This document shows, one piece after another, positions 1 to 17,270 of a stretch of DNA of 64,000 nt; within the stretch, counting starts at the first letter, position 1; each line of letters opens with the position of its first letter. Made by a program: the position numbers and the translations under genes. A model generated the notes under the pieces. The model made no database searches. It was not told the DNA's origin and was given only the letters and a program-made list of their open reading frames with translations. This stretch comes from the human T2T-CHM13v2.0 reference genome, Homo sapiens. The stretch lies in assembly GCF_009914755.1 (NCBI RefSeq), contig NC_060926.1; one strand, 5' to 3'.

Positions 1-640
1 ATGTAAATTGGTACAGCTACTACTGAAAACAGTAGGGAGGGCCTTCAAAAAATTGAAAATACTATTATGGCATGATCTGGCATTTTCACTTCTGAGTATA
101 TACCCAAAAGAATGGAAAGCAGGGACCTGAGGGGATATCTGTATTCTCCTGTTCATAGCAGCATTATTTTCAGTATCCAAAAGGTGGAAGCAACCCAACA
201 TCCATCAACAGATGGATGGATAAACACAATGAGGTATAGACATACAACAGAATATTATTCAGCTTAAAAAGGAAGGAAATTCTGACACACGATACAGTAT
301 GGATGAGCCATGAGGACATTATGCTAAGTAAAATAAACTCAACCACCAAAGGACAATACTGTAGGATTTCATTATATGAGGTATCAAACGTAAGCAAATT
401 CATAGACAGAAATAGAATGGTGGTTGCCAGGTGCTAGAGGGAGGGAAGAATGAAGAGTTAGTGTTTAATGAGGACAGAGTTTCAGTTTTGCGAGATGAAA
501 AAGTTCTGGAGGTTGGTTGCACAACAGTGCATATGTGCTTAACACCACTGAGCTGTGCACTTGAAAACTGCTAAGTTGGTAAATTTTATGTATATAAATG
601 CATGTTTTACCATAATTAAAAATATATTAATAAAATAAAT
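1..640 (+). mobile_element. Old L1 (L1MB-like) 3' end
   Basis: L1 3' motifs (gttcatagcagcattatt, acagatggatggataaac, gacattatgctaagtaaaataa) ending in an A-rich tail. Confidence 0.8.
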
Positions 641-1023
641 TCTAGCCCAGGCATGGTGGCTCATGCCTGTAATTCCAGCACTTTGGGAGGCCAAGGCGGG
701 AGGATCACTTGAGGCCAAGAGCCTAAGCAACCCCATCTCTACCCAAAAATAACATAATAATTATTTCTAAATAAATAAACAAATTCTACTGTTGAGCTGC
801 GAAGGTAAAACTAGAAGGCAGGTGTTGTGTCCTGTTCATCATTGTACCCACCCCATAGCCTAGAGTCTGACAAATGATACACAATCAACGAAGCCTGGTC
901 CAGTCAACAGAATGCTCCCAGAAGCTTTTTCAAAAAGGAGAAATCTAAGAATGTCACTGCTCTACTCAAAAATCTCAATTCTCTAATCCTAAAATCCTGT
1001 TCTCTAAAGAATAAGAGTGCAGC

Positions 1024-1337
<314 letters not shown>

Positions 1338-1439
1338 AAATAAGAGTGCAGAGTGTGCAGGTCATACAGGTATACAGGAATTCTCTGAACTGTCTTTGCA
1401 ACTTTTCCATAAATCTAAAGCTTTTCTAAAATGGAAAGT

Positions 1440-1688
1440 TTATTTATTTATTTATTTGAGACAGGGTCTTGTTCTGTCGCCCAGGCTGGAGTGCAGTGGC
1501 ACGATCTTGGCTCACTGCAACCTCCACCTCCCAGGTTCAAGTGATTCTTGTGCCTCAACCTCAATCCCAAGTACCTGGGATTACAGGTGTGCTGGTCAGG
1601 CTGGTCTTAAACTCCTGGCCTCAAGTGCTCCGCCTGTCTCAGCCTCCCAAAGTGCTGGGATTACAGGCATGAGTCACTGAGCCTGGCT
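1440..1688 (-). mobile_element. Alu with internal deletion
   Basis: Antisense Alu lacking the A-rich linker (ttacaggtgtgctggtcaggctgg junction). Confidence 0.8.
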
Positions 1689-2454
1689 GAAAGTATATTA
1701 GAAAAAAAAAAATAGATGGGTAAGGGCTCTATAGTAGTAGCTGAGGAAGGGCCTGTGCTAGGTGTACTGAGGAAAGGAAGCAATCTTTGATATTATAATG
1801 AGCATGGCTGCCCAAAATATAAAGACAAACTAATAAAAAATTTGCATATAAAAAAGACTGGAAAGGAATGTACAAAATACATTAAAAAGACACTTGGTGA
1901 CAAATGAAGAAATTAGTGAGAAAAAGGCAATGATCATGAGTGCTTGATCAAGTCAGAGTTCCTCATCTCCCTCCTGGGCTAGCATTGACTGCCATTTACA
2001 CATTTGCTCCTACCAACAGGAGGAAACTGGATCATGTATGACATGCATTAAGGCACTGAGCAGAGAGGAGGGCATGAGCCATAACATTGGGCTATAACGT
2101 TACAGCCCCAGCCTGAGAAGCCTCCTCTGAAAAGTAATGCAATCGCCTGGCACTTTTCCACCGCTCAAAGCCTTATAGAAACAACTCTAACTCACATTTT
2201 TAATCCTGAAAACACCCCAATGAAATCGGAAACTTTGTAAGAGTGGAGATTCAATCCCAGTGCTTTGAAATGTTTTGACAAATACGTGGTTGGTTTTAAT
2301 TACAAAAAACATAGCAAGATCAGGTGAGGCAGCGTGGCTGAGTGGCAAGAGTACAGGCCTGAAAGTATGGAGACCTGGACACTCACAGAATACATGAGTC
2401 ACTTCCTGCTCCCAGCCTCAGGATTCCCATACAGAAAATGCAGATGGTCTACAG

Positions 2455-2640
2455 CAGTGGTTCTCAAACTGGAAACTGCATCAGAATCACCTGCAGGGCT
2501 TGTTAAAACACAAATTCCTGGGCTCCACCTCCAGAGTTTCTGATTTAGTAGGTCTGGGTGGTGCCCCAAAATTTTCATCTCTAACAAGTTTTCAAGTGGG
2601 GCTGCCACTGTTGATCTAGGCTCCGCTTTGAAAACTACTG
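2455..2640. mobile_element. MER5A-like hAT DNA transposon
   Basis: Termini cagtggttctcaaa...tttgaaaactactg, internal gcatcagaatcacctg, gtcta-type target flanks. Confidence 0.8.
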
Positions 2641-3658
2641 GTCTAGACCATCTCTGTGGTTGACATGCCAAGCGTTCAATAATATACTCTTTAAGTCCTC
2701 CCTTTCTTCCTGTGTTCATCCATTCATCCATGGATTCATTCAGCCAGTTGTTTATACAACAAACACCTTAGGGACTCCTACGATGCATGAGACATTGTGC
2801 CAAGGGCTCAAAGACAGACATAGGAGATTGCTGTAGAAACAAAAATATGCGAGTATAATATTGCATAAATTGGGGTGTGCACAAAATATCAGAGAGATGA
2901 GCTGGCAACAGACTTCCTCTGTGCAGCCTGGGAAACCAGAAGACAGTGGAGGAATGTGCCACAAGGAAAGGACTGCACCTCAAAAACCTTATTCTCAGCT
3001 AAGATGTCGCCCATGTGTCAGGGCAAAAGGCAGAATGATGTTTGAAGTATACAAAATGTAATTTTTTCAACAGCTATTTATTGAGCAGCAACCATGGGCC
3101 AGGCATTGTCCCAGGCACTGAAGATATAAAGGTCAATAAAATAGAGTATCTGCCCTTGAGGAGTTTCACATCTAGTGGGGAAGGCAAAAAATTAACCGGT
3201 AAATAGTAAACACATAAAGAATGTCAGGAAGTGCTAAGTGCATGAAGAAAAGTAAAGCAGAAAAGGGGACTGAGGTTGAAGGTACATGGGCAGGAAAGGA
3301 GGTGATTGTTGAACAGAGAACAGAGAAAACTGTCATCCACATAACTTGTCTGACAAAGGACTTTAACCAAGGAGCTTGTGAACTGGAAGAGAGTCCCCAA
3401 AAGAGGGGAAGATGAGGAGGAGAGCAAATTATAGTGACCAATCAACTCTGTGGAAGGCTAGAGGAGGGTGGAGGTATAATGGATGGAGAGACAGATGGAG
3501 ATAGATAATTAGATTAATAGGAGAGAAAAGAAGAACTTAAATTCAAATGGATAAACTGCCTGAGATGTGTAACTTACATGCCCTATAAAGACTTGTCATA
3601 CAGAATAGACATTTTGAGGCTAAATTCTATTAACTATCTCTACAAAACCCATAAGTTC

Positions 3659-3990
3659 GGCCAAGCACAGTGGCTCACACCTGTAATCCCAGCGCTTTGG
3701 GAGGCCGAGGCAGATGGATCACCTTTGGTCAGGAGTTCGAGATGAGCCTGGCCAACATGCTGAAACCCCGTCTTTACTAAAAATACAAAAATTAGTCTGG
3801 CGTGGTGGCAAGCATCTGTAGTCCCTGCTACTTGGGAGGCTGGGGCAGGAGAATGGTGTGAACCCAAGAGGCAGAGGTTGCAGTCAACCGAGATTGTGCC
3901 ATTGCACTCCAGCATGGGTGACAGAGCGAGACTCCATCTGAAACAAAACAAAACAAAACAAAACAAAACAACAACAACAACAACAACAAA
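3659..3990 (+). mobile_element. Alu with (AAAAC/AAC)n tail
   Basis: Full dimer; TSD-like aaaacc(ca)taagtt on both sides. Confidence 0.9.
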
Positions 3991-4232
3991 AAACCTAAGT
4001 TGGAAAAGGACTGGATAGGGAACAAAGAAAAACCTTTGAAAGCCCTCAAGGTAAATAAATGGAAAAGGAGAGGGAAGAAGGGAAAGGAATAGGGAGGCAA
4101 ACGTATCCTAAAGATCTCATCCCATTAGGTAGAGAGGAAGTGGGAGCAGTGAACATCTTGGAGTGGGACACAGTGTGGCTTGCTGAGGGAAATGTTCAAT
4201 ATTTTGTTTTCAAATAAGAAAGAAGTAATAGG

Positions 4233-4594
<362 letters not shown>

Positions 4595-5011
4595 TCAGAA
4601 TAAATTTTCAAATGCTCAAAAAAGGCAAATGTGGAAGAGGAAAAGGAAGAAATAGGAATGTAAAATATATCATCATAAACATCGAAAAGAAAAATGGAAA
4701 CAAAAAAGTCAACCACATAAATTATTTCTATAAATTAGAATGATCTAAATCCTCCCACTAAGGAGTAAGCAAGAATAGGAAAATTGAATTAAAAACAAAA
4801 CCTAGTTACATGATCTTTACACAAATTGCATCTTTAACAAAGTAATAAAGGTTTAAAATAAAGTAGTGGACAAAGAGGAATCAGGCAATGCAAACAAAAA
4901 GAAAGTTGGAATGGCAATATTAATATCAGACCATACGGGATTTAAAGTTAATGTATTAAGTAGGATAAAGAATCCTTCCTCTTTTATCACTACATATAAT
5001 AAAAGACAGAC

Positions 5012-5320
5012 TGTCCGGTGTGGTGGCTCACGCCTGTAATCCCAGCACTTTGGGAGGCCGAGGTGGGCGAATCACAAGGTCAGGAGATCGAGACCATCCT
5101 GGCTAACACGATGAAACCCCGTCTCTACTAAAAATACAAAAAAATAGCCGGGCGTGGTGGGGGGTACCTGTATTCCCAGCTACTTGGTAGGCTGAAGCAG
5201 GAGAATGGCATGAATCCAGGAGGCAGAGCTTGCAGTGAGCCAAGATCGCGCCACTGCACTCCAGCCTGGGCAACAGAGCGAGACTCTGTCTCAAAAAAAA
5301 AAAAACAAAAAACAAAAAAC
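5012..5320 (+). mobile_element. Alu (AluY/Sc-like) inside an old L1 ORF2 fragment (~4700-5390)
   Basis: gagatcgagaccatcctggctaacacg diagnostic; flanks resemble L1 endonuclease-region DNA (gcaatattaatatcagac). Confidence 0.85.
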
Positions 5321-5392
5321 ACAAAGACTGTATGAGGAAGCTATAACAGCCACACATGTGCCCAAATAAAACAGATTTTGATTTATATAAAC

Positions 5393-5508
5393 ACATATAT
5401 ATGTATAAATATATATATACAAGTATATATATACACATATACATAGATAAGTATATATACACATATACATATATATTTATGCATGTATAAATATATATAC
5501 ATATATAA
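5393..5508. repeat. (TA/CA)n microsatellite
   Basis: Degenerate alternating tract. Confidence 0.85.
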
Positions 5509-6032
5509 TTTCGCAATTACTTAACTTACCTTTGCCTCAGTTTCCCCATCTCTAAGATGTAATGACAGTAATAACACCTATCTCATAGGGGTGCTGAGGA
5601 GATTAAGTGAGTCATTACATGGAAGTCACCTAGAACAGTGTTCCTTACCTAGAAAGTTCTATAAGCGGGATGTTATTATCATCACTCAATCGCCAAGAAA
5701 ATGTTGATGCATTAGAACCAATTAGAAAGTTTACCAGCTACAATACTTGAGAATAATCCAAAGACTACATAGGGTACCCATCTAGTGATGGCAGAGGGAA
5801 CCCCCTCCTCTTTGTTAGGCACCCAAATCCCTCCTAGGAGTCTAGAATCTTGAACCCCCCCTCTTAGAGGCGGAAAGTCCCACAGAGTTAGTCTGCATTC
5901 TATCCCATGCAAGAATGCTTTCCAATGCATCATGACCGGCAGCCATCTGATCTCTACTTGGACAAGCCCAGGGCTGGGAGGCTCAACATCTCTCAAAGCG
6001 CACCCTTCCATCACCAGCTGGTACTTACTTTA

Positions 6033-6942
<910 letters not shown>

Positions 6943-8379
6943 TGACTTCCCAGAACTATCATCTTCTTCCCTGGAGCTTCTATCATCATTCACTTATTCA
7001 TCCACCCATCTAGTCATCCATCCATCCACCCAATCATTCAATCATTCAATTATTCAGTAGCTACGAATTGGCATTTACTACATGTTAGGCACTGTGCCAG
7101 GAGCTCGGGATACAATGGTAAGCACATTCAGACAGGGTCTCTGCCTTTAGGGGCTCAGTCTGGCTACCCCAACAGTCACTGAATAATACAATATCCTGCT
7201 TGATTAGTGCTAGAAAGAAAATGAAGAGTGCTATGAGACCATACAACATGGGGGCTGCCCCTGGTCTGAAACTATCGGGAGAGGCTTCCCAGAGGAAATG
7301 ACTCTTACTTGCTGAAAGACAGAGGATGGCCTGGAGCTGACAGGTGCAAGGCAGCAGCACTTTCTACCCTGTGACCTCCGCATCCTTCTCTCTTCTGGAC
7401 TGAACCTCCTTTTGCTCCTCCTGCCGCCACTCTTTCCAAGGGCCTGTGAAATGCTCAAGGAGGATGAGACCCTCCACACACAGTCTGATTTCCTTTCCAA
7501 TGAAAGCCAAGCCTGCATCTGATTTTTTGGCAGCCACATTCGCTTGTTTGTGTTGAAATCGTGACACTATGTCTATATTTTCCATTGGACCAGAAATATC
7601 ATCTAAGAAAAGAAATAAGTAAGAAAACGCATGCAGTTAAGCAAGACCCTCATAGTGGCCCCAGAATGGATCTTGAGGATCACTGGTCTTTTTCCTGAGG
7701 GACTTGCCCTCTGCCTATTGATCTAAGATTGTCACCAACACCAGGGCAGAGCTGAGTTCCCGGGTCAAACCTGTCTTTCCAGCTAGAATTCCAGAGGAAA
7801 CCCCAGTCCCTGTTGGGGCTGAAGGTGCTTCCTTTTGGCATCGGGGCCTCTCGACACTAATAATTAGCTTCTTGCTTCTTTGAGGAACCCACAGGAATGG
7901 CCAGGGCTTTGCAAACTGCTTCTCTCAACATCCCCCAGCTCCTCCCAGAGAGTCGACTGGGATTCTTATCTTACTGATGAGGAAAGCAGAACTCAGAAAG
8001 GTGAAGGTGACAGAGCTGAGACCTCAAGCCAAGCCCTCCAGAGCCAACACCATTTCCATGATACACACACCTCACTTGAATTACATTATTATGGGGCAAC
8101 TCACTGAATGTCTAAACAGCTACCACCTACTGAACACCTATCACGTGCTCTCTCTACCTTGCCCATTTATTCCCTCTCTACTTAGTGTCCCAAAGACACC
8201 TCAAATGTAGCATGTCCATAAGAGAACTGTAACATGTCATTGGTTTTGTGTCCCCACCCTGCTCTTCCCTTTGGCTTCCCAATCTTGGGAAATGGTGCAA
8301 CCATTCACCCATAGACTCAGGCGCCAATGCTCGGAGTCAACCTGAAAGGAGGCAGAGAGAGAGGAAGAACAAAAAAACA

Positions 8380-9631
<1,252 letters not shown>

Positions 9632-10397
9632 TCATGTGTATAATACTTTTTAGCCTGTGTAAGTCAATATCCTAAAATAACACTTAGTGCCTTGTTTTAA
9701 ATAGCACCAGATTCACTGTCATTCACAGAGTCACAAAACCATTAACTTCCCTAAAACAACCAATTTCAGAACAGGAATTTGGGCCACCCTGCAATGGTGT
9801 CAAATTTCCCCAAAAGCAAGATGAACTAGATCCAGTCCCTGAGCCTAAGAAGTCTAAAATCTCTTCTGGATGATAAGGCTAATATTCAACAGTCATAATA
9901 CAAGGCAGAAACAGACAAGGACCAAAAGAGCTTTACAGAAGGAGGGCCATGGTGGCCCATGGAAGTGAGGAGTAATTCCTGCCAGGCATTTGTGAAGAAG
10001 GTGGCATCTGGCCAGGACCTTTGAAAGAAGTGCAGAAAGGAGGCCTAGTGTGTGCTGGGCAGCCACCTCATCAATCACTGGATCCTATCCAGTGTGAGAT
10101 CCCCATTCTACAGATGCCGACACCAGGGTTCAGGGTAAGGAAGGCAATCAAGTAACTTGCCCGAGGTCATGCATGCAAGGAACACGGAAGCCCCACTCTA
10201 ATGGAGATTTAAATTCAGGTCTAATATGAGAATGCAAGTGGCAATGTGTGATGTGTCTGGACCACGTGGTGTGAAATGCAGTCGGCTTCTCCTGGGAAGG
10301 TGACTCAGACAGAAGCTTTCTTCACAAGCATGCTCCCCACGGCCTCCTCCCTTTCACCTGCACCATGTCTGTCTCCCATTCAAGACTGGCAACCCCA

Positions 10398-10764
<367 letters not shown>

Positions 10765-11549
10765 TCAGCCAATGCCCGTGAGTACCAGCAGGAGCCTCTA
10801 TCCCTCTCTGCCCCACCCTGTATCCACGCATTCATTACATCATTCATCCCCCCTCATTTTCTCAAAACCCACTTGTGCCCAGGCCCTGAGGTGGCTCTAG
10901 GACCGAGAGACAGGGATCACAGAGCTCCCCAGTGGAGTGGAGGGTACAGACATGTGGACAAGAACACTGGAACCCAGTGCGGGCTGGGAGCGTGCGGTCA
11001 GACCTGCAAAGCGGGGAAGAGAAGGGGGTCGGAGAAGCTTCGCGGGGAGAATGGGGTGAGGCCTGAGGCCTGTCTCGGAAAGCAGAGGGGCAGGTGGGAG
11101 AGTGGAAAAGACATTCCTGGAGGAGGGAACCAAAGGTGCTGAATGTGCAGAGGCAGAGATCCTGCGACGGGAGAGAAAGTCCTCGAGAATGACCCCAGCA
11201 TAGGATGAGAACAAAGGAGGGGATCAAAGGAAACGGGCCCTCGGGGGCCGGGTGCTAGAAGGCTCTGAGTGTCAGGAGAGGGAACGTGACCTCCATCATG
11301 GGGTCAGTAGGGCCACTGTATGGCTTTAAGCCAGGGAAGGACAGGAGAGGTTTCTGTAACTGTGGCTGTAATGATGGAAGCGTCTGGAGGCGGAGAGGAG
11401 GCTCCCGCGGCGACCCAGGCTTCAGAGAGAGAGAGAGAGAGAGGAAAGAAGGAAGGGCAGATAGGAAAGCTAGGAAAGATGCACAGAGAGACCAAGGCAG
11501 AAAAGGCTGAAGGGAAGACGGCAGTGGTAGGAAGGGGGCAGAGCCGTCT

Positions 11550-12750
11550 CAGGATGCAGCCAGCAGGCAAGGAGGCAGAGACCCGCTTGCCCGGTGCCTG
11601 GACTCACCAGCCGGTGCAGCCAGCCGGCGCCGGCGTGCGTGTCCTTGAGGCGGAAGAGGCGGCGGTGCGCGGAGCTGCGGCCCACGTACCACAGCATCTG
11701 CAGCAGCATGAGCGCCGTCAGGAAGCACAGCAGGTCGCTCTTGCTCACGCCCGCGGCGTGCACGGCCCAGGCCAGCAGCAGCAGCAGCCCCGCCACGAAC
11801 ACGATCAGCCCATACTGGCTGCTCGGCATCTCGGCCAGCTTCTGTGGGACGCTGGCGCGCACACCGCCCCTCCGGGGGGCCGGGGACTCCGGGGACCTCG
11901 GGGCCGACGGCGAGGGAGGCGGGCAGGCCGCGGGCCCCGATGACCCCGCGACTGAGGCGCTCGCAGCTGCCCGGGGCCAGGCGGGCGACCCCAGGCCCTC
12001 AAGCATCTTCAAGACACCCGCGCCAAGTCTGGCCCCGGGGGTGGCTGCCGTCGGGCCCCGCCTGCGCTCCTGGCTCCTGTCCTTGCCCCGACGCCTCTGC
12101 CAACCAGCACCCCCCTTTTCAACTCCCCTCCGATTCCTACCCCACGCCCCCGACAACCTGCCCCGTCTCCTGTCACTTCCCGACGCCCGCCCTCCCCTCT
12201 TCTGCCCCTTCGTCCTCAGTCAAGGTACCACCCTGTCCACTTACCCAGCGCCCCACCCCGCTGACCCGGGATTCTAAGAGCTCCCTTGCCCACTGCCCCT
12301 CACTGGGCAACGCCCGGGGCAGCCATCTGTCCCCTCCGGGACCCACGCGGACCGCTCCCCCCTCCTGATCCCTGGGACACTGGCCAGCCCTGCCCCGACA
12401 CTAGCGCGTCCTCCCGCACCTCCGCCCGCGCGCCCGGCCCCCGCCCACCGTCTGCAGCCCTCACCCCTGCGCCGACGCCCACCCACCCAGCCCCTGTCCG
12501 GGCGCCCCAGAAACGCTGGGTGACGAGAGATGCCTCCCAGAGTCCCGGGGTTGCGGGGCTGGGGAGAGGGGGTCTTCCAGAGCCAGCCCGAAGTGGGGTG
12601 TGCACGGGGGGCGTGGCTGCTGCCAAGTGGGGCGCACGGGGCTCCACAGGGGCGTGCGATGCTCCGGGCCTTCCCCGAGGGTCTCCGTTGGGGAACCCAG
12701 AGGTCCAGGTGATCCTGCCTGGGTCCGTGTCCGAGCGTCCGATGGTCTGT
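11550..12750. promoter_or_regulatory. CpG island / promoter of the OTOP1 copy
   Basis: Very GC- and CpG-dense stretch over exon 1 and ~700 bp upstream, with GC-box-like motifs (e.g. ccccgccc ~12438). Confidence 0.8.
11608..12006 (-). pseudogene. OTOP1: Duplicated, damaged OTOP1 (otopetrin-1 proton channel) exon 1
   Basis: ATG at 12006 gives MLEGLGSPAWPRAAASASVAGSSGPAAC...VPQKLAEMPSSQYGLIVFVAGLLLLLAWAVHAAGVSKSDLLCFLTALMLLQMLWYVGRSSAHRRLFRLKDTHAGAGWL, matching the human OTOP1 N-terminus as I recall it. Donor GTGAGT starts at 11607. Versus recalled OTOP1: LLW(104-106) missing, a few substitutions (e.g. S10W, L61P), and net +5 nt before the donor, which changes splice phase. Exon 2 is not in the window. 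Confidence 0.93.
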
Positions 12751-13884
12751 CCTTGTCCCTGCGTATTTCTGTATTGTCTTCTCTGTGCGGGTCACTCTGT
12801 GTCTGGCCGTCTGTTTTCGGGTGTGTCTGGTTAGGGGTGGAGGAGTGCCAGTCACTGGCTCTCTGAATTGGGGGAGGGGCCGCCTTCTGTGGGTTTTTCT
12901 GTTTGTCCATCTGGTGTGCCTGTGTGTCGGCTGCGAGATGCCCAGGCGCAGAATAAGACCTGAGCCACTTTCTAAGAAAAGAGACCATCCCGCACCCTCC
13001 CCCAAAGGAGCGGCAGCCATTCTGGACGCAGAGGAGCTGGAATGAGGGAGGCCCCAGGGTCTGCCCTGGGGCTACCGGCACCCAAGCATCTCCACCAGCC
13101 CCTTCCAAAGCCCCGGTGCCTGCCTTGCACCTGCCTGCTCCCGGAAGGAGACTGTGTCTGCCAGGGCGCCCTGCTTGGGTGCCATTAAGTGGAGGTCTGG
13201 GAAGTTTCTGCAGAAGAGCGTTCTACCGGTCGGGCGTGGCTGACAGGAGGCGGTGGACCCCAGCCCCCCAGCTGCAGGTTGGAGAGGGGAGTTGGGAGCG
13301 AGCCCCCATCCCACCATGCAGCAGCCCGGGGCTGGGCCCCGGAAGACACCCTCTCCCTCTTGGTTTAAGGCTCTTGCAGTCTTGAAATTCTTAATTTTTG
13401 AACAAGAAGGCCCAGGTTTTTGTTTTGTGCTAAGCGCAGCAAATTGCAATAGCAGGTCCTGACTAGTAAAGGAGGGGTGGGGAGTCCTGGGCCGGCAAGA
13501 AGTCAACCTGAGGGACCTTGCCTTGCCGCCATCATTCTTCCAATTCATGCATTCATTCATTTGATCAACACACATGTATGTGTTGACATGTGAATCATTT
13601 GCTGGTCTCTGTTGTAGGCGCTGGGGTTTCAGCTATGAAAGGCTCTGTTCAGGTGGAGCTGATGTTCAGGCAGAGAAACAGCAATAAACAAACAGCTAAT
13701 GAGCCTTGACTGGGAAGCTGGGGAGCGTGACCTGTGAGACTTAGCCCTCAACTTCTAAGACCTTGGGGGTGGGGACAGAGTAAGCAGCACAGCACCCTTG
13801 AGCAGGGCTACCACCAGGGGCCTGGGAGGAGCCCAGGTCTGCAGGAAGGCTGCGAGGTTCAGGGAGGAGGCAACACCTGCACAG

Positions 13885-14210
13885 TCTTCTTTCTTTCTTT
13901 ATTTTATTTTTATCTTTTAATAAGGACAGGGCCTCCCTATGTCTCCCAGGCTGGAATGAAGTGGTGTGATAATAGCTCACTACAGCCTCGAACTCTGGGG
14001 CTCAAGTGCTCCTCCCACCTCAGCCTCCCGAATAGCTGGGACTACAGGTGTGTGCTACCACGCCTGGCTCATTTTTTTAAAATTGTTTTTTGTAGAGACA
14101 GGGGTCTCGCTGTGTTGCTCAGGTTGATCTCAAACTCCTGGGCTCAAGCCTTCCTCCTACCTCAGCCTCCCAAAGCACTGGGATTACAGGCTCCAGCTAC
14201 CACGTCCAGC
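13885..14210 (-). mobile_element. AluJ-like
   Basis: Antisense full dimer; partly copied into 6213-6440. Confidence 0.85.
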
Positions 14211-14540
14211 CTCCTGCACATTCTTTAGGCTTAGGAGTGGATGGCCAGGCGGAAGGGAGCAGGGGTCTGGAAAGGCAGTCCAGAGAGAGGATCCAGCAAA
14301 CCTACTGGGAATCTTCCACCTTCTCCCCTCCTCTTCCTACCAACAGCCAGAGCAACCTGGGAGGCTGAGCTGAAGATGGAAGAGCCTGTCTGCGTGTCTC
14401 CCCAGTGACTAGTGAGGCGGCTTTTCCTCCCGAAGCTGGACCTTACATCAGTGAGAAATAAACTTCCATTGTGCTAAGCCACCAAAGTCTGAAATGTTAC
14501 AGCAGCTAGCAGTACCTTAACCCATTGAGTACAAAGATAA

Positions 14541-14921
<381 letters not shown>

Positions 14922-15003
14922 TGCATTTTTTTAAGAAGCAATGAAATGAAAGTTTCTGGAGGCTAAAGTCAGCCCCCTTTATTGTAATCTCAAGACAATG
15001 TTA

Positions 15004-15518
<515 letters not shown>

Positions 15519-15633
15519 TCAATCAGTGTAAAAGCTGGAAACGTCCTGACCAGGCAGCTGCTTCCCAGTGATGATTCAGTACCACGCAGATGGACAGGGA
15601 GGCATGGTGCCCTCGGGCATGGACTCCCTTCTT

Positions 15634-16316
15634 TTCTTTTTTTTTTTTTAATACTTTAAGTTCTAGGGTACATGTGCACAACATGCAGGTTTGTTACATA
15701 TGTATATATGTGCCATGGTGGTGTGCTGCACCCATTAATTCGTCATCTACATTAGGTATTTCTTTTAATGCTATCCCTCCCCCTTCCCCCCACCCCATGA
15801 CAGGCCCCAGTGTGTGATGTTCCCCATCCTGTGTCCAAGTGTTCTCATTGTTCAATTCCCACCTATGAGTGAGAACATGCAGTGTTTGGTTTTGTGTCCT
15901 TGCGATAGTTTGCTCAGAATTATGGTTTCCAGTTTCATCCATGTCCCTACAAACGACATGAACTCATCCTTTTTATGGCTGCATAGTATTCCATGGTGTA
16001 TATGTGCCATATTTTCTTAATCCAGTCTATCATTGATGGACATTTGGGTTGGTTCCAAGTCTTTGCTATTGTGAATAGTGCTGCCATAATCATACATGTG
16101 TATGTGTCTTTATAGTAGAATGATTTATAGTCCTTTGGGCATATACCCAGTAATGGGATCGCTGGGTCAAATGGTATTTCTAGTTCTAGATCCTTGAGGA
16201 ATCACCACATGGTTTTCCACAATGGTTGAACTAGTTTACACTCCCACCAACAGTGTAAAAGCGTTCCTATTTCTCCACATCCTCTCCAGCACCTATTGTT
16301 TCCTTTTTAATGATCA
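15634..16316 (-). mobile_element. L1PA 3' fragment with TSD
   Basis: Antisense primate L1 3'UTR (agggtacatgtgcacaacatgcaggtttgttac); TSD catg(ga/ag)ctcccttctt at 15618-15633 and 16317-16332. Confidence 0.92.
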
Positions 16317-16421
16317 CATGAGCTCCCTTCTTCCAGTGAAGCTGACAGGATTTCACAAGGCCAGAGGCCCACTGGCACTCTCAACTGCCAGAGATAATAG
16401 AAGGTCCCAAGGGGCAATTAG

Positions 16422-16812
<391 letters not shown>

Positions 16813-16824
16813 AAGTGGGTGGGT

Positions 16825-17270
16825 CTAACAAAGTGCCACTAACGGGGTGGCTTCAAAACAATGAAAATTTATTCTCTCACAGTTTGGGAGGCCAGCAGTC
16901 CAAAATCTAGATGTCAGAAGAGCCAAGTTCCCTCTGAAGGCTCCAATGGGGGGTCATCGCCAGCCTCTTCCAGTTTCTACTGGTTGCTGGCAACCCCTAG
17001 CATTCCTTGGCTTGTGGCTGTATCACTCCAATCTTTGCCTCTGTTGTCACTTGACCATCTTTCCTTTGTATCTGTGTCTCTTTTCCTCTTCTTATAAAGA
17101 CACCAGTCATAATGGGTTAAGGGCCCAACCTACTCCAGTATGACTTCATTGTAATTTACATCTTAATTAAATCTACAAAGACTCCATTTCCAAATAGGGC
17201 CACAATCAGAGGTACCAGGGGTTAAGATTTCAACAGATCTTCTGGTGAGAAAAATTAAATCTATAACACA
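16825..17270 (-). mobile_element. MLT1 (MaLR) LTR
   Basis: aaatttattctctcacagtttgggaggccag, cttataaagacaccagtcat, ccatttccaaatagggccaca are typical antisense MLT1 motifs. Confidence 0.75.

Noticed and set aside
11470-12156. 228-aa ORF as an intact gene
   Set aside because: It is 5' flank + OTOP1 exon 1 + intron read-through; the true start is 12006 and the exon is damaged.
11286-13108. Long overlapping ORFs around the OTOP1 promoter
   Set aside because: Expected stop-codon scarcity in a CpG island; no recognisable proteins.
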